DNA of 64,000 nucleotides from Octopus sinensis (lineage: Eukaryota): the NCBI RefSeq assembly GCF_006345805.1, contig NC_042999.1:134788001-134852000 (forward strand). Reading direction: 5' to 3'. The first letter of the stretch is position 1, and each line of letters begins with the position of its first letter. The notes beneath the pieces are model-generated. The model was not told the DNA's origin. It searched no databases and saw only the letters and a list, made by a program, of their open reading frames with translations. Position numbers and translations under genes: made by a program. Shown in pieces: positions 52,707 to 64,000 of this stretch.

Positions 52707-54644
52707 GACTTACACTGTTATGACATTTCGATACAGCAGTAATACTTAAGGTGTAATTCAGGCATGGGCAACCTATTTCCAGAAGCAGGCTGCATGAGAT
52801 GGCTCATTTTCAGGCGGGCTGCACAATCAAAAATTCCAAGGTAATTTTTCGTTAAAAATCAGCGCCGAGAAGTATATATATATATATATATTATATATAT
52901 AATTTTGAAGATAATGTTACCAGAGTCTTATGAGACAATGTTTACCAAGACTAACCAATTTTCATTGAGAAGAACAGGCGTATAGTTATTACAGTAAACG
53001 TAATATTAATTTTCATCTCTTCAAAAGCTGCGTGGTATCTTCTTCGCCAAATTTATGCTGAAATATTTAAAATTTAATTAAATTAAACAGAAGTAATCAA
53101 ATCATACGAAACTGGCGGTATATGATGGTATGTACGCCGGCCCTTCAATCCAACTGAATTAATTATTCTTTTATGTTTCTTTAATCAGCCCACTTTAATT
53201 TCTTTCATGTTTATGTGTTTAAACTTCAGGTTAATCGACTTAAAAGATAAACAATAAATGAATACATATACATTTATAGCATATAAAGTACAATATATAT
53301 TGGTATCATTTCTCAAAATTTCCAACAGATTTCTCTTTGCATTGCCGCAAAGTTAGAAAAGGCTTTTTCAAAAAGATTATTGTCCACAGCTCGAAAAATT
53401 TCTCTCCTACCGACAGATATTCATTTTATTTTCAAAAGTATGTCCTGATAAATGTTTCTACGTTAATGAATCAAGCAAAAATCATTTGGAACGACATCTC
53501 GCTCATATGACGAACATGAGAGCGAAGCAAAGCCAGAAAATTCAATTTTCGTATATGTATTGCCGAAATAGAGACAGCAGCTGTTTCTGTTTCAATAATT
53601 CTTCTGTACACAATCATTAAAATAGCAAAGTGGAATGTTTCGAAATTTTGGACATTTTCCATACCTCACTGGAGTAGTCTGATTAGTTTATATTTTCATG
53701 GGAGATTATACTTTTAATGTATAATCCATATTTGGCTGTATGCATATGCTTATGTGGTGGCCAGATGGCAGTCGTAAGAAACTCGGATAATTTGACTGGC
53801 AGTATTCGTTCTGGATTCCTGCGCGATGAGTTCAAATACCAACGGTGTCAACTTTGTCTTTCACCATTTCTTTGTCGATGAACAAGGTCCCAGTCCCGTA
53901 CTGATTTTGAATCTTCACTTTCTCTCTTTCTCTCTATTTCCCAATTTCTCTTTCTGGAAGAAAGCAGCTATTGTCAGACTCAGAGGTAGATAGGCCCCGC
54001 CAGGTCTAAAAGTGCCCACGATTAGCTCTATGTCACATTGTCGCTCCAAAGATTCAATTAGAAGTTGATGGGCCTACGGCACGGAATGGCGTATGCTTGT
54101 GTATCTTATTCTTATGGAATTCAAATAAGATGTCTGTCTATCTATGAATTTGAGATCTTGCAATAAAATGAAAGTAAACTGAATATTTACAAAGTTCTGG
54201 ATCATTTAAAGAAAATTCTAAACTTCGCAGTAGAAACCAAAGTTTCTTCTTGAAATTCAGTTGTTTTGGATCTGGGACAGTGATGTACATATTTTGAAAT
54301 TTCAAGAAATAATTTCTTCTGCGAAACATCCATTCTTCATGTCCACAATATGTCGCTAGACAAGGCATTTTAATTAAACCAGCCCACTTCACTCATTAGT
54401 AAGCAGGTTGAGCTGGTATTATAATTCATAATTTATTGATGAAGTTAGTAATTCTTTGGTTAGCAGTGCCCAGCGTCTTAAAGCAGAAACTGCAAAGAAA
54501 CGCTCCTATTGATCTACAGGATTTGGAAAAAGATCAGTTGAATTAGTAGAGCTCCTACATTGCTAATTTCATTTTTTTTAAGTACCGATTTTTGAAAATT
54601 ATCAGTTAATAATGTTTTCTCTTCGTTTTATTTGATTTTCAGAA

Positions 54645-54980
54645 ATGAATCGTCTGTACTTTGCATTCATTGTACTGCTCAATATTGTCTATGCGAGTCC
54701 GCAGTCAGGAAGATTTGTTCAGGATTGTTATAATAAACTGTGCGATTCTAACAACCAGCAGCCTAAACAAAGTATCCACCGATTGCAGTATTGCGTTTAT
54801 AAATTGCAACTCACTAAGCCATGTTTTAAATGGCCAACAAAGAATAAATATTCTGAAAGACCGCCTCCGTCAAGCTGGAGAACTCCTCAAGCGCCAAGAA
54901 TAAGGAAGGAATATAGGTTGCTCAGTGAACGTGAAAGATATGATTTCCATCGTAGTGTTTATCTTTTAAAACGAGATACG
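54645..54980 (+). CDS. Tyrosinase-like (type-3 copper) gene, coding exon 1: signal peptide and N-terminal region
   Basis: ATG at 54645 just after a ttttcAG acceptor (54641-2). Hydrophobic N-terminus MNRLYFAFIVLLNIVYA. Motif RIRKEYRLLSERERYDFHRSVYLLKRDT is typical of tyrosinase N-termini. Ends at a phase-0 donor acg|GTAAGA; 336 nt = 112 codons. Confidence 0.9.
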
Positions 54981-55014
54981 GTAAGAATATTTTGTTGCAT
55001 ATTTTGTTGTGTGT

Positions 55015-55022
55015 GACTGTGT

Positions 55023-55090
<68 letters not shown>

Positions 55091-55317
55091 GTGTGTGTGT
55101 GTGTGTGCGTGTGTGTGTGTTTCACCTTCATATTTTTCACATTAACTTCATGTCTTAGAAAGAGAACTCTGAAGTGAATATATCGTATTAAAGCGGAGTT
55201 TTTATATGTGACTATAGCATTATGACTCCTTTTTACTCCAACAATCATAGCTAACAGAGATGAGCTTGTTCCAGCGAAACAGATATACATCTATGCCAAT
55301 GATTTACACCCACCCAT

Positions 55318-55356
<39 letters not shown>

Positions 55357-55456
55357 TGCATATATATATATATATATATATACATATATATACCACACAG
55401 ACACACAGATACAGAGACACGGAGACACACACACACACACATACAGATATGTGTGT

Positions 55457-55519
<63 letters not shown>

Positions 55520-55617
55520 AGTGTGTGTGCGTGTATGGTTGTTTAATATATATATATTCATATACTGTATCCCCATACCAAAGATGACATTGTTGAAGAA
55601 TCGTCAACCATAACTTG

Positions 55618-55670
<53 letters not shown>
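55015..55670. repeat. (GT)n, (CA)n and (CT)n microsatellites in tyrosinase intron 1
   Basis: Direct reading. Confidence 0.95.
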
Positions 55671-55674
<4 letters not shown>

Positions 55675-55845
55675 CTTTAAAAAGAATCAGTGTCCTGGTC
55701 AAAGAAAAAGTGAAATATATTTGATGTGAAGGGAAAATATCAAAATCAAAGTAACTACAAAAATACATCATATATACTTTCGAATAAACCTCAATGAACG
55801 TTAGTTGCGCCCCAATCATTATTTTTCTTATTGTTTCACTTACAG

Positions 55846-55958
55846 AGACTGTCACCAAATGTATACGATGCCACCGCCTTCCTGCACATTGGTGATACTG
55901 CAAGAAATGCCCACGGTGGACCTTCATTTCTTCTCTGGCACAGAATCTATTTGAAAAT
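55846..55958 (+). CDS. Tyrosinase-like gene, coding exon 2: CuA site
   Basis: ttacAG|...aaaat|GTAAGC. Translates RLSPNVYDATAFLHIGDTARNAHGGPSFLLWHRIYLK, containing the three CuA histidines (H, AHGGP, WHR). 113 nt, phases 0/2, in frame with both neighbouring exons. Not in the ORF track. Confidence 0.92.
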
Positions 55959-56918
55959 GTAAGCCATGCAATCAAACATTACTTTCCATTTCTTTCTTTG
56001 TTTTCTCTCTTTCTTTATTTATTTATTTGTTTTCTTCTTCTTTTGCGTTTTTTTCTTGCTTTTCTTTTACTTTGCTATATTCTTCCATTCTCTGTCTTGT
56101 CCTTGAGTTGTTTTGTTTTACGGATATTTTATTTTATTATTTTCGTACACTTAGTTTTCTTTCTTTTCTATTGTATTCTTTACCGATGTTTCCCTTTTTG
56201 TCTGAGTTCTCTATCATTAATTTCAACCACGCAAGTCGAAAAGGAAGCCTCTATGTAATTGCTGGACGTACACGAAATATTACCCAATTCTCCCTCAAAA
56301 AAACACCTACTGTTTTATTTTTTATAGAAAACAAAAGATGATAAATTCGAGCATGTATGATTAGATATAATTTATGAAAATAAAGTGGGATAGCATTGAA
56401 AATGCTTTTATTCAAGAAAACCATTCTCTATGTCTAACATTAAGGCAAAACTCTGTAAAGATTTATTACAGTATGATATGTCATCATTCTTTTGCTCACT
56501 GGCTTGGCTACTATAGCCTACCGCAATTCGTTATGTATTACTCCAAAAACAAATTTCGTAGCCTCCGAATTCACGTAATCCATCCTGGTTTACCAATTTT
56601 CCACTCTATTTCCCCAAACTCCGCCACATCTCAATCTTCCTTACAAACTACCTATTAATATTTCGCATTTCACCGACGAAGGTATTCTGCCTGAAACGTT
56701 AAAATTGCTGCTGATAACAAAATGATTTCTTCTACTTCGCGAAATGTTTTAGAAATAAATGTTTTTCTATTCTTTAGTTTAAGAGTAATAGATCTGAAAA
56801 TATTATGCAGTGCTCATCATTTATATTTTGAAGTAAGTAATGGACGGATAGGTTGATATCTTGAATAGTTATTTAGATACAAGAATTAGTTATGCCACTT
56901 AGCTGTATATATTTAGAA

Positions 56919-58207
56919 CTAGGTGGTATCAAAAAGTTCCAAGATTAGTTCTGTAGGCGCCAACTGATGGCAGGATGGCAGAACACGGTTGCGTGCACAG
57001 TGAGAGCTAGCAGTGACTTTCATGAGGCAGTGTGCCGAGTGACATGACTGTGTTTACTTTGCAAGTTGTAGAATTTATTCTTCTGTGATCACGTGTATGC
57101 TGTAGTCAGCGATTTTGTCATGGACAGGAAGTTGGAACCAGGAGCCAACATGAAATTTTGCGTTAAACTTGGGAAGTCCGCTACAGAGACATTCAGCATG
57201 CTTCGGCAACCTTACGGCTACGAGGCAATGGGCCGTACGCAAAGATTCGAGTGACGCGAGCGCTTCAAAAGCGGGAAAATATCACTGGAAAACGATGAGC
57301 GATCTGGAAGATCTGTCACGAGCGTCGACCCAGAAATGTGGAGAAAATTCATTAGCTTGTGCTTGAGGATCGTCTGAAGACAGTCAACGATATTGCTGAT
57401 GTTGTTGGCCTGTGGTATGCGTCCGTGCAGGCAATCCTAACATCTGAATTGAACATGCAGCGTGTCTCTGCCAAGTCTGTGTACCGTCTGCTGATCACTG
57501 CGCAGAAAGGACATCACTTCGAAGTCTGTCAGGATCTCCGCCAGTGCACCGCTGATGACCTATCCTTCATGTCAAGGGTCATCACCGGTGACGAGAGTTG
57601 GGTCTACGGGTGCATCCCTAAGTAAACGCGGCAGTCGCCGCGATGGAGCAGCCCTTCATATCCACGACCGAAGGCTCGACAGAGCCGAAGCTCAGTTAAG
57701 AACATGCTCATCGTTTTTTTTCTTGTTTTTTTTTTACATCCGTGCTATTGTGCATCGAGAATTCGTCCCACAGGGCCAGACCGTCAATCGAGAGTTTCAC
57801 TGCGGCGTTTTGAAGCGGTTGAGGGAGAACATTTGACGAAAGCGACGGATTTGTGGAGTTCGAAGAACTGGATTTTTCGTCCGAAACAGCGTGGTATCGC
57901 TTCCGCACCCGCCCTATTCGCCAGATTTAGCACCAGCAGACTTCCATCTTTTCTCCAAAATGAAAAGACAGTCCAAAGGTTGCCGTTTTAACACCGTTGT
58001 TGAGATCCAGAGCGGATGGCAGAAGCTCTTCGACTCACTTACGGAAAACGACTTCCAGGCCGGATTACAAAAGTGATAGGAAAGCTAGGACCGATGTATT
58101 TCTGCGCAAGTGACTATTTCGAAGGAGATGATGTTAAAACTTAAGTAAATAAGTTATTTTTTTATTAAACATAATTAGTCGTCCGTGAACTTTTTGATAC
58201 TACCTCG
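56919..58207 (+). mobile_element. Full-length (~1.29 kb) degenerate mariner (DD34D) in tyrosinase intron 2
   Basis: TIRs (C)GAGGT(A/G)GTATCAAAAAGTTC. KFCVKLGKSATET, TGDESWVYG, HPPYSPDLAPADF; many frameshifts. Confidence 0.88.
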
Positions 58208-58441
58208 TAATCTAAGTAAATTCGACTGTTGAGAGCTAGAAATCTCAGAGTACGAGAATCTCAACCGTTAATCCTTGCTTGCCAAGAGACATCAGTATAC
58301 TAAAAATTTAATCAAGTCCAGTGTTCGAACATTTTCTAAGAAATATAGTTACTCGCTCGATTAAATATTGATCGATAAATGTAAATATGCATTGAAATAT
58401 ATTTTCTACGTATTAAATTGAGTTTACATTTTTTATTTTAG

Positions 58442-59931
58442 GATGGAAGATGCTCTTCGTGAAAAAGTACCAGGTGTAACAATTCCATTTTGGGATCCAA
58501 CTCTTGACAGTCATCTTTCTAATCCTCGAGATTCCACTATGTGGTCAGATGAGTTAATGGGAACTATCAATGGTTTCGTCACTAAAGGGGCGTTTGCTAA
58601 CTGGAAAACACCAGCTGGTACTCTAATAAGGAACGGGGGTTTCATTACAAGGTTACCGACAAGTAGTAACATCGAAGATGTTCTCACTCGAACGAAACTC
58701 GAAGAGATCTCTGAACCTAATGCGCAAGAACGATATAACTTGGAATTCCTGCATAATTCTATGCATGTTGTTATTGGAGGTCACATGGGTTCGGTACCAT
58801 CATCACCCATGGACCCAATTTTCTGGCTAGTCCACAGTTACATAGAACTTGTCAACGCGCGTTTCAATGAAAACCAAAGGCGACACAACGTTAATCCCGC
58901 AACAGATTATCCTTCGGATTATGGTTTAAATGTTTACGCTCCCAATCAAAGTATTGGTCTTATGAATTTAACCGTTTTAGAGGCATTAAGAGAAACTGAA
59001 AGTTACACTAATATTTACAAATATGACTATAGTTACTTGGGAAACTGTGCTCTCAATCCAAATTTATGTAATTCTCCATACCTAACCTGCAATAATGGTA
59101 GATGCGAGTCGAAATCTAAAAACTCAACTCGTTGCAGTACTTTAATTCCCTATCAGAATATGTTTTGTATCAACCGTAGATGCGATGTAGATGAATGGGC
59201 ATTTATTCCGGTTGAAATTATTTACGAACGACCTTTCGACACGATGAAATTTGGAAATTTTCCTATTAAAAATGGTCTGCCGAATTTGCTGAATGATCTG
59301 TACGATGATAATCAACCCCTAAATTCCTCGTCCGGTAACTCAACTGGAAATAATTGTCAAAACAGTAAGTGCTGTGGTCCAGCAGGAAGACTCAACGTGC
59401 AAGCTAGTGGTATAAATTATTTTGGAACCTATCAAGAAATGGTGGTACTTGACCGTAGATTAGCTGTATCATCGGATATCACCTATATCGGTATCAGAAA
59501 CCCCGAAAGAAACGCCAGTGTAGTTTTTATTACAGCTTCAGAACAATGTGGAAGAATATGTCGTCCTTCTTGTTTAGTGCCGGGTTCAAATCCACCGAGA
59601 TACACACCATGTATAGGACTGTTGAACGTAACACGTAACAATGCTACTATGTACGGTAAAACACTCGCAGAAGCTTACATGAAAGTGTGGGATTATAGAA
59701 ACCAGATACGACCGAAACTGAGACATGAAAATATTCCGATAGTGTTCCATTGTGATGACAGCCGGTGGCCATTTAACAACAACACCAATACAACAACAAC
59801 TGCATCACCGTCGACAAGAGCAACGACTACAACAGCGACAACAACAACGACAACAACAACAACCACAACACTATATACCACTGCATCTACAACAACACGT
59901 GTGTATTGGCCAATTAGACCGTCACCTAAAA
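58442..59931 (+). CDS. Tyrosinase-like gene, coding exon 3: CuB site, Cys-rich C-terminal region, Thr-rich linker
   Basis: ttttAG|G ATG GAA. Contains MEDALR...IPFWDPTLD, CuB LHNSMHVVIGGHM...DPIFWLVH, a Cys-rich region and an (ACA)n-encoded poly-Thr tract (~59770-59900). Ends at a consensus phase-1 donor aaaa|GTAAGT (59932). Confidence 0.93.
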
Positions 59932-60363
59932 GTAAGTAATAATGGACTTCGTTATCGTCTGTAATTGTCAGCATCTGCTCTTGTTACGGGGTTGAGGGTA
60001 GGCCAGTGTGGATCATATTAACATTTGTGTCTTTGTAAGTGTAGTTCTAATGTGCATATTGAGAGTAGTTGTGTAATACATATATAAAAATAGTTCTTGA
60101 TTGTTTTGTACTATTTCAATATTTTGTTGCTCTTCAAGCCAAGAAAATATTCGACAATTTCTCATACAGGCATTAAGCTCACCAGTAGGTGTGGGAAATA
60201 GCATCTTTTGGGGAGAATTTCTTTTAATTATATAACAACGGTAAATGCAGTGTGAAAATAAGAATCGTTTCAAATTTTGAATGAAGTAGTTACTCGATTA
60301 TATTGACCACAGTATTACACTGCTACTTATGAAGATATATAAGATAGAGCTCAATTCGGCAAA

Positions 60364-60399
<36 letters not shown>

Positions 60400-60733
60400 A
60401 AAGTCGCGTCGTCTTGTGGTTTGGGTGTTGCCAGAACATGGGTTCGATTCCCGGATCGGATGGTGCGTTGTGTTCTTAAGCAAAACACTTCATCTCATGT
60501 CGCTTTGCGGCTGGAAGTGACAAAATCGTTGGTGCATCGGCATAAATGCTTTACGGTATATTCTGAGTTCAAATCCCACCTGCGTGGAGAAAGTAATAAG
60601 AAACCACACCAGTCCGCATCCCAAGCCTAGTCATGGTAGCTGAAGTTCCAGTAATCAACTTAACAGCAGCAAGGGACGATACGGTTCTTCACGGACCATA
60701 TAGAGAGTGTTGAAGAAGCTCATATGCACAAGA

Positions 60734-60961
60734 CCGGCGAGCTGGCAGAAACGTTAGCACGTCGGGCGAAATGCGTAACCGTATTTCGTCTGCCGTTACG
60801 TTCTGAGTTCAAATTCCGCCAAGGTCGACTTTGCCTTTCATCCTTTCGGGGTCGATAAATTAAGTACCAGTTACGCACTGGGGTCGATATAATCGACTTA
60901 ATCCGTTTGTCTGTCCTTGTTTGTCCCCTCTGTGTTTAGCCCCTTGTGGGTAGTAAAGAAA
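60734..60961 (+). mobile_element. SINE-B variant in tyrosinase intron 3
   Basis: Monomer of the unit arrayed at 8652-9700. Confidence 0.88.
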
Positions 60962-61006
60962 TATATATATATACATGTATTGATGCATATATATATATAT
61001 GCATAT

Positions 61007-61090
<84 letters not shown>

Positions 61091-61417
61091 GGGCCATATC
61101 TACCTACATATATATAGCTGTTAGATAATTGTCCTGATCATGGACATAATGAAGCACTAGTTACATACGGCACAACTCGCCAAACTCTCATCATTTTTCA
61201 CGGAGTATATAAGTACTGAAAAAGAGGAAATGTACCTAGGGTCATTCGGAACTTCATATATTCTTGATAAACACGACTACCAAGGCAATGTTATTTCCTT
61301 GTACCTAGCCTATAATCGCCTATTCATTCATGCAGCTCACCAAGACATTTTGCTTTGTAATGAATTTCAGTTGCTATGTTTGTCTTTTCTCCTAATGTTT
61401 TTACTTCTCTATTGCAG

Positions 61418-61611
61418 AATGCTACATCAACCAGAATTGTGCCATTGCCAAAGGATGTGACTGTATATCGATGGACAAACAGCCTTGCATACAAAAGTGT
61501 TCCCATTACGCTTTATGTGTATATGGCTCTTACATAGTATCTTCCTGTGGCTACGGTAGAAGGTATGAACCCTATTTAAGAAGATGCATCCCGGGACGTT
61601 GTCAACATTAA
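61418..61611 (+). CDS. Tyrosinase-like gene, coding exon 4: chitin-binding type-2 (peritrophin-A/CBM14-like) domain
   Basis: Polypyrimidine tract plus ttgcAG acceptor, phase 1 matching the exon 3 donor. Encodes (K)CYINQNCAIAKGCDCISMDKQPCIQKCSHYALCVYGSYIVSSCGYGRRYEPYLRRCIPGRCQH*. Cys spacing C-x13-C-x5-C-x9-C-x12-C-x4-C. AATAAA downstream at 61655 and 61995. Confidence 0.8.
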
Positions 61612-62384
61612 ATGTAAGGCTGCTGACACTCTTATAAAGCAATATTCCCAACGAAATAAAAGATGAATTTTCTTCCACGTTTGACTTTTACAGAGTAATG
61701 TTTAGAGGAGGACATTCTCCAACAGCATTACCTGAGTTCATTTCTAGCTGAATGAGCGGGACGATGGATAATGATGTGAAAGTGAATTTGGAAATGGAGA
61801 ATGAATGAACGAATGACTGAACGAATTAACGAATGAACGAACGAACGAGCGAGCGAGGGATCTCTGTGGGATCTGGTACTAGTTTTAAATAGAAACCTGT
61901 TGAACGAGTTTCTGATTTGCTTACTATTTTTTTTGTCATCATTCATTTTTCACAACATTTATTTTTTGTGTAAACACATCTAATCTAATATCTAAATAAA
62001 ATCATAATAAACTCATAAAATTTCTTCTGAGTTTTTAATTATCTTACATGGAAGTGGCGAAAGTGATAAAAAGAATTTGGAATTAAATAAAAATATTGCC
62101 TTCTGATTTCTAATCACTCATTTCGGAAATTACCCAAACAAGTTAATCAGGATTGAAGCGATAAAATATTTAGTTATTATAAACATCTGATCGACGTATT
62201 ATGTCCTGTCTATATCGTTGATACAAGACAATATTTGTATGTAGTGAAAGCATTAAACCTAAGAAAATTGTGTAATATTGGATTAAGTGTGCTAAATATT
62301 TGTTTTTGTCCCTCAAAATCAAAATTCTAAACCTGCCAAAATTGGTATCTTATTTTTGTACTTGATAAAATAACGGTTTCAAAT

Positions 62385-62592
62385 TTTGGCACAAGGCCAG
62401 CAATTTTAGAGGTGGCGGCAAGACGATTACATCGACTTCCCCAGTGTTGAACTGGTATTTATTTCATCGGCCCCGAAAAGTTGATGTAAGACAAAGTCAT
62501 CTGCGGCGGAATATGAACTCAGAACGTAAGGCCAGACGAAATGCCGTGAAGCATTTAGTCCGGCGTGCTAACGATTCTGCCTGCTCGCCGCC
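62385..62592 (-). mobile_element. SINE family B
   Basis: Reverse complement of the 624-838 type. Confidence 0.8.
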
Positions 62593-62612
62593 TTCTTACA
62601 TTATCAAATAAT

Positions 62613-62839
62613 TCTTTCTATATTAGGCACAAGGCCTGAAATTTTGAGGTGGGTGGGGATGGGGTGGTTAAGTCGATAAGATTGACCCCAGTACTCAACT
62701 GTTACTAAATTTATCAACCCCGAAAGGACCCCGAAAGGCAAAGATGACCTCAGCGGAATTCAAACTCAGAATGTAAAGACGGACGAAATGCCGCGAAGCA
62801 TTTTGTCCGGCGTGCTAACGATTCGGCCAGCTCACCGCT
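62613..62839 (-). mobile_element. SINE family B with 20-bp TSD
   Basis: TSD ttcttacattatcaaataat at 62593-62612 and at 62840-62855 + 63250-63253 (split by the Helitron). Confidence 0.82.
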
Positions 62840-62855
62840 TTCTTACATTATCAAA

Positions 62856-63249
62856 TCTTTATATTTTTATATATAAAAGTGAGGTTGTGTGCTGTCTGTC
62901 TCCTACGATTTAGATTCATAACTACTCCCACATTTTGCAGTGCAGTTTAACCAAAACCGGGTATCTTATAGTCGTGATTCATGTCGAGCCCTTCTGGGTA
63001 TTAGCGCGCGTCTACGATGAGTAAAAAAATTTACCATCAATTTTTCCCATTTTTAATGCAGTTTTGGCATATATAAGGGAAGTAACTCTCTAAAAATGTA
63101 TTATTAAATCTCAGAACGTAAAAAGCTACAGTAACACTCTCCCCTTTGTGGTTAGCCATATTGAGATGGCTATTATACTTTACATCTCTAAAAATGCTTA
63201 TATAGTTATTTCCCTTACAAATCCGAGCAACGCCGGGCGATACTGCTAG
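62856..63249 (+). mobile_element. Non-autonomous Helitron
   Basis: 5' TC, 3' hairpin CCGAGCAACGCCGG followed by CTAG, inserted between A and T with no TSD; the empty site is visible at 62593-62612. Confidence 0.8.
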
Positions 63250-63399
63250 TAATAACATGAAATAATAAACTAGGATCACCTACATGACTTACCTTACATT
63301 TTCGCGTTACAGATATAGAGAGACAGGGGAGAGAGAAAATTATCTAGAAAAACAGACAAACAGACAAACAGACAGACAAGCGGAGAGCAAATAGAATGT

Positions 63400-63753
63400 C
63401 ATGCGATATTTCTTCCGACTCTTTACGTTCTGGATTCAGTCACGTTGAGTTTGATTTTGTCCTCCATCGTTTCAAGGTAGATAAAATAAGAACAAGTCAA
63501 GTACTGGGGTCGATGCAGTCGACTAACCCTCTCCCTCTAAAATTGCTGGCCTTGTGTCAAAATTTGAAGCAATTAAAGGCGGTGAGCAGGTAAAAATCAT
63601 TAGAGCATCGAACCAAATGCTTAGTGGCATTTCTTCCGGCTCTTTACGTTTTAAGTTCAAATATCACCCAGATTATCTTTGCCTTTCATCCTTAAAATAT
63701 AATCGACTAACCACTCCCTCTAAACTCACTTGCATTGTGCCAAAATGTGAAAC
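63400..63753 (+). mobile_element. Two adjacent degenerate SINE-B copies
   Basis: Two successive core/tail motifs (tactggggtcgatgcagtcgact; ggcggtgagc...aatcgactaacc). Confidence 0.7.
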
Positions 63754-63759
63754 CTAGAT

Positions 63760-64000
63760 AGATAGATATATAGATAGATAGATAAGTTTCTTTATTGGCC
63801 ACACAGGGCTGCACACAGATGGGACAAGTTACAAGGTAGAGCTTTTCTTTTGGGGGATGAAAAAAACAAAAGAAAAAAAAAGGGGTGGCGTAGGTTTTCG
63901 ATCAAGAGGGATCGTAAAAGGGAAGAAAAGAACAAAAAAAATAAATAAATAAATAAATAAATAAAATAAAAAATAAAAAGAATAAAAAGAAGAAAAAAAA
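63760..64000 (-). mobile_element. Possible 3' UTR end of an L1/Tx1-like element
   Basis: Minus strand reads T-rich tract, AATAAAGAAAC, then a (TATC)n tail; no coding part within the window. Confidence 0.35.

Noticed and set aside
56672-56705. Hammerhead-like CCGACGA-AGGT..GCCT-GAAACGTT (similar motifs at ~45770-45800 minus and ~51434)
   Set aside because: U4 is mutated and stem I does not pair; at most dead pLTR relics.
58443-59939. 498-aa ORF as a complete single-exon protein or a hemocyanin unit
   Set aside because: It lacks CuA and a signal peptide on its own and is flanked by splice sites. A single copper unit with a signal peptide and tyrosinase-type C-terminus does not fit multi-unit hemocyanin.
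60185-60362. Diverged similarity between tyrosinase intron 3 and 44420-44620/45980-46170, suggesting a paralogous tyrosinase remnant
   Set aside because: No exon remnants nearby; neighbouring ORF-like pieces (45191-45415) are LINE RT debris, so an old dispersed repeat is more likely.

Overview
AT-rich, repeat-saturated animal genomic DNA. The SINE families, (TA)n density and molluscan-type tyrosinase suggest a cephalopod, probably Octopus (inference). The first ~52 kb is almost all transposable-element debris: three copies of a young CR1-like LINE, a second CR1-like family, a Penelope (Neptune-type) element, Tx1/L1, R4/Dong, RTE and Gypsy fragments, Tc1/mariner (DD41D and DD34D), hAT, MITEs, a Helitron and several tRNA-derived SINE families. 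It also holds two large inverted duplications and fold-back palindromes that may be biological or haplotype/assembly artefacts. The only host gene I can support is a + strand, four-coding-exon secreted tyrosinase (54645-61611, 710 aa as I splice it). Exons 2 and 4 are missed by the ORF track, and exon 4 adds a peritrophin-A-type chitin-binding domain. Other highlights: a SINE and two LINE families share a covarying 3' stem-loop; there are several hammerhead-ribozyme motifs, including a U3-A8 compensatory core in the Penelope 3' repeat; and one LINE ORF1 combines a Myb/SANT-like domain with a CCCH zinc finger. All calls come from reading motifs by eye; no searches were run.
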